In this document: piece by piece, positions 18,161 through 26,391 of the stretch
Layout of the letters: each line of letters begins with the position of its first letter
Numbering within the stretch: position 1 is the stretch's first letter
NCBI GenBank assembly: GCA_037310415.1
Contig: CP147780.1
Coordinates: 2,144,001-2,208,000 of the forward strand
DNA: 64,000 bases
Direction of reading: 5' to 3'
Origin: Candidatus Atabeyarchaeum deiterrae
Lineage (GTDB): Archaea > Asgardarchaeota > Atabeyarchaeia > Atabeyarchaeales > Atabeyarchaeaceae
Notes under the pieces: model-generated
Databases searched by the model: none
Seen by the model: the letters and a program-made list of their open reading frames with translations, nothing else
What the model was told of the DNA's origin: nothing
Made by a program: the position numbers and the translations under genes

Positions 18161-20377
18161 TTGAAACGTTCAATAGAGGACGAAGAGTGGCGATCCATGT
18201 CAGGACATGATGAGAAACCTGAGAGCAGCGATGTCGGCGAAGCTAGGAGTGCACGCGGTCTTACGCTGCGCATGTTGCTTCTCACGTTTATATTCAGCGT
18301 ATTCTTTTCAATCGGAACGATTTACACACTTGTGGTTCTCAGTTTCTCGATGGGAGTCGTGGGCGTGGTATCAGTCGTTCTGGCATCAAGCGCATCGATC
18401 TGGGGCCTCAACATATCCACAAAGAAGAAGGTGAAGCCACCCAGTTCCCAAGAACTTGTTAGCATGAGTTGGCTATCAAGCGCATTCAACCAGTCGCTGG
18501 GAACCACTATCGTCATTGGCGGAGTTCTTCTCATGCGGTACGTTCTGCCAGTCTCAGCGTTCTCAGGCTGGCAGAGATGGTGGTTTGCTCCTGCTGAGAG
18601 TGACCTTGAGAACATGGTGGCTTGGCTACCAACGATACTGTTCTGGATGCTGGTCGTTTTCATGGCTCGCCTAACGGTCGTTGGAATAGGCATGAAGCTG
18701 AAGCGCAAATATATCGAGACTGATGAGTTACCTTTTCCCGTCGCGGAAGGACAGGCCGACTTAATTAAGGAACTGACCGGATTAACTGAGCCTCCTACGT
18801 CTAAGCTGAGGTACTTCCTATCTGGCATAGTCTTCGCTTTGCTCTTCTCTTTGGTGATTGAGCATGACTGGGATCACGCGATGCTAACGCCTCTTCTGGC
18901 AACAGCAGTTGGCATTGTGACCCTAGTAGGAGGGATGAACAACGTATTCCCTTGGAAGATTGGCAAGAAGCTGCCCAGGGGGTTTGAGAAAGTAGCGTAT
19001 TATTTCGCTTATTTCTTCATTGCAATTGGAATCCTCGGTTTAGTCTCTCTTGTGTATGCTCCACCTGACTCGATCTTCTTCTACTTGCGTTACGGTGTTC
19101 CCGCAAGTCCAAGTCCCGATTATTCAGCTAGGTTCATTAACTTCTCATCCTTTGTCCCGCAACTTCAAGGGCTGGGTTTCGGAATATCGGTATCTATCCT
19201 GCTGTTTGTAATCGGATACCTGATACCGTCTGACACGTCTTCTGGCATACTTACCGGATCAGCCATCGCATTCATATTGATCCCCGTTGGCTTGATTGGG
19301 TTAACAGGTTCGCTGAGTCTGCCTTATCTCTACAGCATTGACTCGTCGCTAGTTCTAGCTGCACTGCTAAGCGCGACAATTGTGGGCTCAATTGTGGTTA
19401 TCCTGAGAACGATATTGACGAACAGAGAAGGCGCGAAGAATGTTATCCTTCGTGGAGTGAAAGAGTTGTACGTTTTGGGCAGAACCAAAAGATCCAAGGG
19501 TAAGGGGATTTGGAGCCAGTATCTTCTTCTGTGGGTTCCACTGACAGTTCTGACTTTGATAACAGTACTGGTAGTGGGAATTGAGCCAAGTGCGCCGTGG
19601 TATCTTACGGTGATAATCGTGTTCTTCGCTTTTGTCATTACGCCATTTGCTACTACACTTGGAACTTGGGTTTCCAGTAGAACGACACGTTTAACGTCTC
19701 AGTCTCCACTTCCATTCTTATACGAGGCAACGCTCTTTGGCACTGGAGTGAGGGAGCTCGCTCCCTATGCATTTGGCACGCCAGCAGTATGGCAGGCTCA
19801 AGGTTTGTTGAGCCAAATGAGAGTTGCACATCTGACGAAGACTGAGTCGAAGTTAGTCTACTGGGCTGACCTGATAGGATTTCCACTGCTTGGCGTTCTT
19901 GCGAGTTCATTGATCTGTATTTGGGTTTTTTCAGCGTTCGGTGCACCAGGCGTAACACTGTCGTCGCCAGGTGGCACTGGAGCGGCAACGCCGGTTACTC
20001 AGTGGAACTTTAATCCGATTTGGAGCGTCCTTTATACATTCATTGTCTGGGTCGCCAATGGCGGAGGGGTGTATCCCTTCGCATGCTGTCCGATTACTTT
20101 CTTTCTTATACCGCTGATTATTCTTTCAGCTTGGACGATCCTTCATGGCATGAAGAGAATTCCAATCGCTTCCATAGCCGGGATAGCAGTAGGGTTTGCC
20201 GTGATGCCATATATGGCGATTACGATATCCTTGGGAACCTTGACGGCTGCTGTGATCAGAAGAGTGAAGGGAATAGACTGGTTCGCAAGGAATGGGACAG
20301 CATTAGGGGCCGGCATCTATGCTGGAGCTTGTATTTCCTTGTTTATGCTTGTGATAGTGGTACCTCTAGTACCTTGA
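18161..20377 (+). CDS. OPT/YSL-like oligopeptide transporter family membrane protein
   Basis: ~18 TM; GLTLR, KYIETDELPFP, C-terminal GTALGAGIYAG. Confidence 0.65.
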   Translation: MKRSIEDEEWRSMSGHDEKPESSDVGEARSARGLTLRMLLLTFIFSVFFSIGTIYTLVVLSFSMGVVGVVSVVLASSASIWGLNISTKKKVKPPSSQELVSMSWLSSAFNQSLGTTIVIGGVLLMRYVLPVSAFSGWQRWWFAPAESDLENMVAWLPTILFWMLVVFMARLTVVGIGMKLKRKYIETDELPFPVAEGQADLIKELTGLTEPPTSKLRYFLSGIVFALLFSLVIEHDWDHAMLTPLLATAVGIVTLVGGMNNVFPWKIGKKLPRGFEKVAYYFAYFFIAIGILGLVSLVYAPPDSIFFYLRYGVPASPSPDYSARFINFSSFVPQLQGLGFGISVSILLFVIGYLIPSDTSSGILTGSAIAFILIPVGLIGLTGSLSLPYLYSIDSSLVLAALLSATIVGSIVVILRTILTNREGAKNVILRGVKELYVLGRTKRSKGKGIWSQYLLLWVPLTVLTLITVLVVGIEPSAPWYLTVIIVFFAFVITPFATTLGTWVSSRTTRLTSQSPLPFLYEATLFGTGVRELAPYAFGTPAVWQAQGLLSQMRVAHLTKTESKLVYWADLIGFPLLGVLASSLICIWVFSAFGAPGVTLSSPGGTGAATPVTQWNFNPIWSVLYTFIVWVANGGGVYPFACCPITFFLIPLIILSAWTILHGMKRIPIASIAGIAVGFAVMPYMAITISLGTLTAAVIRRVKGIDWFARNGTALGAGIYAGACISLFMLVIVVPLVP

Positions 20378-20435
20378 TGAATTCTGCACATCGCGCTCAT
20401 TATGTTGATCTATCACGGAGGGTCAGACCGTCTCG

Positions 20436-21020
20436 ATGCCAAATAAACCGGATGGCGCTGAAACCGACAGTCGCGGTAGAGCCGTCAAATTCAGAATATG
20501 GTTTAGTGAGAGCGGTCGAGACCTTTTGGGTAAGGGTGGGGCAGAGATACTGGAGCGCATTGCGGAGACTTGTTCTATATTGAAGACGGCGAAGAGTCTC
20601 AGAAGATCATATAGACAGGTCTGGGGTCAGATAAACGAGATGGAAGAAAGTTACGGGAGACCTCTTATCAATAGGTTCAAAGGTGGTGCAAAGGGTGGAG
20701 GAGGAGCAGAGCTCACTGAGGCTGGCTTGGTTCTGCTGAGAGAATACCGCAGGATAACCGAATACACGAAGAGCCTACTCGAAGACAAGTATTTTTGGGA
20801 GGCAATTGGATTGAAACTAAGCGCAAGAAACAGGTTGAAGGGTGAAATAGTTTCTATTGAAAAAGATGCCGTGGTCGCAAAGATTAAAGTGAAGATAACG
20901 ACGCCAGTGACTATTACGTCCGTGATCACTAGCGAAGCTGCAGACGACCTCAACTTGCATGAGGGAGACGAAGTTGAAGCTATAGTCAAGTCAACCGAAG
21001 TTCTAATCGCAAAAGAATGA
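20436..21020 (+). CDS. ModE-like regulator (wHTH + TOBE/Mop)
   Basis: SILKTAKSLRRSYRQVWG, GGAKGGGGAELT, KLSARNRLKG, SVIT...A, AIVKSTEV. Confidence 0.9.
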   Translation: MPNKPDGAETDSRGRAVKFRIWFSESGRDLLGKGGAEILERIAETCSILKTAKSLRRSYRQVWGQINEMEESYGRPLINRFKGGAKGGGGAELTEAGLVLLREYRRITEYTKSLLEDKYFWEAIGLKLSARNRLKGEIVSIEKDAVVAKIKVKITTPVTITSVITSEAADDLNLHEGDEVEAIVKSTEVLIAKE

Positions 21021-21159
21021 TCATGTTGTTTTGGTGAAATTCCGGCATTTGATGATTTGCTTTTCTGGCTGGCCTCAATTCCAGAATAGCTTTTTAAGAC
21101 CAGTCCCGCATATGTAAGGGTGGATATGTCAGGCGAAAAACCCAAGTCGGTCTACCGTC

Positions 21160-21693
21160 TTGGAGGGGAATGAAATACCTTCTTTAACGGGCGAGGAGGT
21201 ACTGGGACTACTACGGTCAACTGTCAAGCTCAGCGCTCAGGAAGCCGTTTGCATTAACGGAGGATACGTGAGGTTCGAAGGTGATACCATCGTCATCTCC
21301 CGGAGGGTAAAGAAGTATCTCTACATGACGCTACGCAAGGGAGGATGGAAGGTAAGGCTCGATCTCAATCTCGAAATCCCAGCAACCAAGACTCTGGAAG
21401 CGCTCCGTAAGGCGATAGAGATCGGTGATAGACTGATGGTCAAAGCAACCAAGGAAGTGTCCGCTCAAAACAAGGGCGAGGCAGAGAGGAGAGTCATGGA
21501 AGCTAACCAGACGTATCGATTAGTGAAAGAGACAATCCCGAAAATCTACCTTCCTGAAAACAGGAAGAGAGAATTGGACGACATCAAATCCCTGTGTGAT
21601 AGCAAACTCATCGATCTGAAGAACAAAGCGATGCTCATGGGTATAAGGATAGTTGAAGACACAGGTTTTCGAGAGCTTGACCCGGACATGTGA
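21160..21693 (+). CDS. Hypothetical protein; natural start may be ATG 21126 through a frameshift
   Basis: 177-aa ORF with normal composition; promoter near 21090. Confidence 0.65.
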   Translation: MEGNEIPSLTGEEVLGLLRSTVKLSAQEAVCINGGYVRFEGDTIVISRRVKKYLYMTLRKGGWKVRLDLNLEIPATKTLEALRKAIEIGDRLMVKATKEVSAQNKGEAERRVMEANQTYRLVKETIPKIYLPENRKRELDDIKSLCDSKLIDLKNKAMLMGIRIVEDTGFRELDPDM

Positions 21694-21764
21694 GATTGTT
21701 GCGTGCCTCTTTAAGGAGAGGCTTGCTGAGTCGACAGGCTCTCCAAACACACAAGAGGCAAAAT

Positions 21765-22178
21765 TCATTTCTTCTTGAGATCTCGGAGAAACCTAGCGAC
21801 GTCATTTGAGTTTTCGCACATTGCGGCCAACGGAGTTTCCAGCATTAAGTTGACCGACTCTAGCTTTGAGAAAACCCTGTGATCGGTCTTCAATCCGATT
21901 ATAGGCTTCTTCATTGCGTGTCCGAAGCCCATCTCAAATGCGACACCTGTGTCAACATCCACTCCGTCGAGGACGGCGACAATTACATCACTTTTCTGCA
22001 GAGCACTGAGATCGTCTCTAAAGATTGATTGTTTTTCTTTGGTTGAGTGGCTATTTATGAACTTCAGTTCTTGAGCTAACCATACTTCGAACCCTTCATT
22101 TCGAAGTTCTCTTGCGACTTTGGAATTGAAGTCTCTTTCAGCTTCGCTGAATAGCGGTGCCGCTAAGAAGATGCGCAA
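21765..22178 (-). CDS. Nucleoside 2-deoxyribosyltransferase family protein
   Basis: IFLAAPLFSEAE, IFRDDL, DTGVAFEMG, NLML. Confidence 0.9.
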   Translation of the reverse strand: MRIFLAAPLFSEAERDFNSKVARELRNEGFEVWLAQELKFINSHSTKEKQSIFRDDLSALQKSDVIVAVLDGVDVDTGVAFEMGFGHAMKKPIIGLKTDHRVFSKLESVNLMLETPLAAMCENSNDVARFLRDLKKK

Positions 22179-22298
22179 TCCCGAATCGGACCCCCGATTA
22201 TTCCCTCAAAGTTTTCGATTGATATTTGCTTGTCCCTTCCAATGACTTCTTTGTACTGGATGAATGATAGTTGATGAAGGATAAAGCTTTTTACGATC

Positions 22299-22913
22299 AT
22301 GCTACCTCGTTGTCTTAAATTCGCAAACAACTCCTGCCAGCAACGAGCCTACTCAAAGGGAGCGCCCTTCACCATGGTCCGTGAAGACAATCCTTTGCCA
22401 TCAGAGCCTGAAGGAACCGGAGTCAAGATCAGACTTTTCAAGATCTCGGATCTTCACAGAGTCTTGGAGATAGAACGAGGTGCATTCCCTGATGCGTGGG
22501 ATGAGAGCTGGTTTGTGTACTTCTTTCAAACAAATCCAAATGGATTCTTTGTTGCAGTTGACCACAAGAATCATGTCGTTGGATACGCGGTCGTTGATAT
22601 TGAGGGTGGGCAAGATGAAGCGTGGACATTCATGGATACTGGGAGCCTGCCGCCCGCGAGAGGGCATTTACTGAACGTGGCCGTTGACAAGGAATGGAGA
22701 GGAAAAGGGATTGGGACAGCTCTCATTGGAGGTGTGAATAGATATTTGGTGGATCGAGGAGTGAATGAACTCTGGCTTGAAGTTCGAACAAGCAACGCGG
22801 ATGCTATAAGGCTCTACAAGAGGCAGGGGTTTGAAGAAACGGGGAGGGTTATGAGAAACTATTATCCAGATGGAGGAGATGCGCTAGTGATGCGCAAGAA
22901 CCTAACAGGGTAG
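22299..22913 (+). CDS. rimI: RimI/Ard1-like N-terminal acetyltransferase (GNAT); start probably ~22374
   Basis: IERGAFPDAW, GHLLNVAV..WRGKGIG, LEVRTSNADAIRLY, YYPDGGDALVM. Confidence 0.85.
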   Translation: MLPRCLKFANNSCQQRAYSKGAPFTMVREDNPLPSEPEGTGVKIRLFKISDLHRVLEIERGAFPDAWDESWFVYFFQTNPNGFFVAVDHKNHVVGYAVVDIEGGQDEAWTFMDTGSLPPARGHLLNVAVDKEWRGKGIGTALIGGVNRYLVDRGVNELWLEVRTSNADAIRLYKRQGFEETGRVMRNYYPDGGDALVMRKNLTG

Positions 22914-23014
22914 CAGGTGACCGACTCTCTCCTCTTTTTTCTAAAGGTCATGAAGAGCACAAGTCGCCAATGTGCGCTTGATTAGAGTATTGACTTGCGC
23001 GATACAATAGAAAT

Positions 23015-23854
23015 ATGCTAAGGCGATCTATCTTGGACTTTCTACTGAATCCGATCACATTTGTTGCTGTGTTTGTCGTTGTCGGTCTATGCGCAGGATT
23101 GATCACAGGTATAATGGGTGGAAGCGGCGTTGTAGTTGTTGTGCCCATCCTCATCTTCCTAGGATTTCCAGTACATGTGGCGATAGGGACAAGTTTGTTC
23201 GTGGATGTCGCAGCTTCGCTTGTCGCATCATACACATATCATCAACACAAAAACATAGACTTGTCTAGCGGTGTGTGGATGGCACTTGCAGCAGTTGCAG
23301 GCGCGCAGCTGGGTAGTATGCTAGCTGGTTATACGCCCGCATTTGGATTAAGCTGGGGGTTCACTGTGTTTCTGATCCTAAATGGGTTATACATTTTGAA
23401 GACTGGAATGAAGAACGTCACAGAAAGAATCTCCAATGTTGCTCGCAAGAGGCTGCTCAAGGGCGGACTAAACACAAAGAAAGGAAAAAGGCGGGCAACT
23501 GTCATATCTGTAGTGGCGGGGTTAGCAATTGGAGTCGTTAGTGGGTTCATTGGCGCAGGTGGAGGAATCATGTTTCTGCTTGTGCTCCTTTTCGTCCTTG
23601 GTTACGAGCTTCATGTGGCTATTGGAACCTCAACATTGGTGATGGCTATCACAGCCACATCGGGGGCAGCTGGTTACTATCTGCGTGGTAATCTCGATCT
23701 CCTTACTGCGGTCATCATTAGTATTGGAACACTAGCGTCGAGCCGTATGGGTGCATTGGCGGCTAACAGATTGGGAGTAGAGTCACTTGGAAGGGTTATC
23801 GGAATAATATTCATAGCGCTTGGTTTGATGATGCTTTTCCCATTGGTAGTGTGA
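23015..23854 (+). CDS. TauE/SafE sulfite exporter family protein
   Basis: Duplicated G..GGSG / GAGGG and VAIGTS motifs; 8 TM. Confidence 0.9.
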   Translation: MLRRSILDFLLNPITFVAVFVVVGLCAGLITGIMGGSGVVVVVPILIFLGFPVHVAIGTSLFVDVAASLVASYTYHQHKNIDLSSGVWMALAAVAGAQLGSMLAGYTPAFGLSWGFTVFLILNGLYILKTGMKNVTERISNVARKRLLKGGLNTKKGKRRATVISVVAGLAIGVVSGFIGAGGGIMFLLVLLFVLGYELHVAIGTSTLVMAITATSGAAGYYLRGNLDLLTAVIISIGTLASSRMGALAANRLGVESLGRVIGIIFIALGLMMLFPLVV

Positions 23855-23896
23855 ACGCCCAACACTATGTTCGCAGGATTGTGAGTGTTCTCCTTC

Positions 23897-24685
23897 CTAC
23901 TTCTTCCTGTGTGGATCTTGCTTCACGATCTCCGTAAGGAAATTCTTTCCTGGCTCTGAGTTGAAATTCGGGGGCGTCCAATTCACGCTGATTCTTCTTC
24001 GTTTTGCCAACACGTTCTCGTCTGTCGTTGGGTCAAATCCTTGTTTCTCGTATGTCTCCCATTGTATCAATATGCCCTTTGAATGCCAGGCAGGTATCTC
24101 ACTGAACTTTATCCCATGATCCTCGATTAGTTTTCTCAGTTCTCTTGCTTTCAACTTGTTCAGCTTCTCAGTTGCTTCTGAGGGTTTCAGTTTCTCTTTG
24201 TCAACCAAGATTCGAAAAGCGTAAGCATTGCTGCAATTCCTGTATGCCTCACTTTGCCGCCAGTCAAGATAATCTAAGACATTGTAGCCTCCGGTCAGAG
24301 GCGTAATTCTGCAGTCAAAAGCCACGTTGAAGGCCTCAATCGCGACGTACTTCTGGGATAACAGTCGTTGTAGCGTGCTGGAAGCGACCCCCGAGAAGAC
24401 GGAGTCGATCTTCTCTATTCTTCTGTCGAACAGGCTGAACTCTTCAGGAAATAGCAGACTTATCTCGTCTGAAAAGATGTACGCGAGCTTGGCATCGAAT
24501 AGTTTGAAAAACTCGTCGGCTACTTCAACAAGACATTCAGCCAGAAACTTGTCATATGGTTTGCCAAGTCCTAGCAGATCTGTGAGTGAGTGGAAATTCC
24601 ATCCGTCGAGTCTGACAAAGAAGAATCCCCTGGGAACCGCGATGTCAGAGTATACCTCGTGGTCCTTGTTGATGACCAAGCTCAT
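23897..24685 (-). CDS. thg1: tRNA(His) guanylyltransferase / Thg1-like 3'-5' polymerase
   Basis: VRLDGWNFH, YIFSDEISL, FDCR, YLDWRQ..AYRN. Confidence 0.92.
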   Translation of the reverse strand: MSLVINKDHEVYSDIAVPRGFFFVRLDGWNFHSLTDLLGLGKPYDKFLAECLVEVADEFFKLFDAKLAYIFSDEISLLFPEEFSLFDRRIEKIDSVFSGVASSTLQRLLSQKYVAIEAFNVAFDCRITPLTGGYNVLDYLDWRQSEAYRNCSNAYAFRILVDKEKLKPSEATEKLNKLKARELRKLIEDHGIKFSEIPAWHSKGILIQWETYEKQGFDPTTDENVLAKRRRISVNWTPPNFNSEPGKNFLTEIVKQDPHRKK

Positions 24686-24811
24686 TTATCCCACCTATTA
24701 GGTTGTTCAGCAGCTCATATTGGGGGTGAGTATTCTCAAAGAAAAATCGTTTTCCCTATATGGAGGGGATAGGACCACTTTGCGAAGAAACTTCGCAATA
24801 CTGATGGGCAC

Positions 24812-24833
24812 AAAAAAGGGAGGGGCGCCTCCC
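24812..24833 (-). terminator. GC hairpin + U6 tract (intrinsic-terminator-like)
   Basis: Minus strand GGGAGG-CGCC-CCTCCC-TTTTTT. Confidence 0.6.
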
Positions 24834-25013
24834 TCTCCCGCTCAGAAGAGTGCTGGTCTGCCAATGCCTCTCCCTTGGACCCAGAGCCGATCTCCTTCCA
24901 GGAAACTCTCAGGACTGCGTGTTCCCGGGGTCAATCTTCATTTCTCCGCGGTCTACATCACCTCCGCCGCTGGCATCGCCCTCAACACTGTTTCTGAACT
25001 GGGGGTGCGAGGG
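24812..25013 (-). ncRNA. Candidate ~200-nt rod-shaped ncRNA or leader between THUMP and thg1
   Basis: About 62% GC by hand count; at least five nested stems whose G-U pairs work only on the minus strand; ends in hairpin + U tract. Confidence 0.6.
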
Positions 25014-25266
25014 TTAGTTACTAATTGGGTCGAGTTCTATTATCCATAGCGATGGAAAAGTTGAAAAACTTGCAGAAAGAACAGTGATATGGCCAGAGTT
25101 TTGCAATAATCCTACTCTTGCAGACCAAAGAATGGAAAAATTCCACAGTAGCAGATCGGCTGATCTCTGGCGCCTTCACAGTCAAGCTTGGATCCGACGA
25201 TGTGAAGCAGGAACACAGCTAGGAAGTGCAAGTTGACCTGTGAGCTACTGCGTCTCTGGAAATTCG

Positions 25267-25782
25267 CTATGGAAGTTTTAGGTAGCGGCATTTTCGCCTC
25301 ATCTCTTTTGACACTAGGCCAGCGCCACAGCGCTTCATCATAGTCTCGAATATGAGGGCCTTGTCTGGGTCCTCCAAATCTGCCTTTGGCCGCACTCCGT
25401 GTTTTCCTTCTAGGAGGTCATGAACGTGTGTGCCAACGTCTTTGGCGGCATCTTGTGCCAAAAACTTTCCCTTCAATCCTCTCCGTGCTATTTTGACACA
25501 GAATGTCTCGTTTTTGTTGATCTCATCGATGAACTGTGTGGCAACCTTCTTGAATTCTTCGGCAACGTTCTCTGGCGAGAAATTGAACGAGATACGTATG
25601 GGGGTCAACCTTGAGAGAGATTCGGGTTCTCTCTTTTCTAACTCATCAAGAAAGCGATGCAGATCTTCGACTTGGCCCATAACTACGTCTTCGAAGTCGG
25701 TTTGCCAGAAGAGCCCTAGACCTGCCAGTTCCCGCATCAGTTCTCTCCCCCTATCTTTGTAGGCAGTTAGTATCAAATCCAT
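25267..25782 (-). CDS. Stand-alone THUMP domain RNA-binding protein
   Basis: TFCVKIARRG...KDVG...KADLEDPDKALIFE. Confidence 0.85.
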   Translation of the reverse strand: MDLILTAYKDRGRELMRELAGLGLFWQTDFEDVVMGQVEDLHRFLDELEKREPESLSRLTPIRISFNFSPENVAEEFKKVATQFIDEINKNETFCVKIARRGLKGKFLAQDAAKDVGTHVHDLLEGKHGVRPKADLEDPDKALIFETMMKRCGAGLVSKEMRRKCRYLKLP

Positions 25783-26283
25783 GAGGAGATTCCCCCATCT
25801 TGCGGGTTTCTTTAAACGAGGTCGTACCTGCTCTATAGAGACTAGCGAGGTGACACACTCATATCTCTAACTATATTCTCATCGCGAAAAACACGATAAA
25901 AATCAGCAAAAGGGGCGAATATTGGATAATCATCTAATCTGGATTGGCCAGAATTGTTAAAACAACAGAGATGAACTTTCTCAGATGTATACCGCTTAGC
26001 CTGCGTTGCCAGATTTGTTCTTTTCATGGAATCTAGCCTGCACACTGATGAGACCCCATCTCTTTAACATCTGAAATGACTCTGCTGCGGAACAATGCAG
26101 CACATTGAAAACTCTAAACTGCCTGAACTGCGCCTTCCGCAAGTCGCATTCTGATCTGCGAACTTCTAAACTTAGTCACCTTGTATTATATATGTAACGC
26201 GTGGAATGTCAAAAGCTTTTTATTCATTTTTGACCATTCCCTAGCGAAATATGGAATAAGCACATTACATCTATACCGCCTAT

Positions 26284-26347
26284 GGAGAGCGTCTCCCAAA
26301 TGGCAGTTGATGGGACTAGGGGGTAGTGCATAGCACTGATTCTCTCC
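26284..26347 (+). promoter_or_regulatory. Three-way-junction candidate in a long 5' UTR
   Basis: GGAGAG/CTCTCC closing two hairpins; TATA near 26217. Confidence 0.3.
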
Positions 26348-26391
26348 GAAGCGACCTCAAAGACGAGTTGACAGCTTAAAGATCAAAGGAA

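Noticed and set aside
24901-24913. GAAACTCTCAGG glycine-riboswitch-like motif; also SRP and T-box-like fragments in the same element
   Set aside because: Partner motifs (GGAGA...CCGAAG, SRP helix 8 loops, UGGN bulge next to the terminator) are absent, and the glycine motif is on the strand disfavoured by G-U pairing
24720-25049. 109-aa + strand ORF over the structured element
   Set aside because: No SD or recognisable motif, Pro/Ser/Gly-biased; better explained as the shadow of a GC-rich RNA
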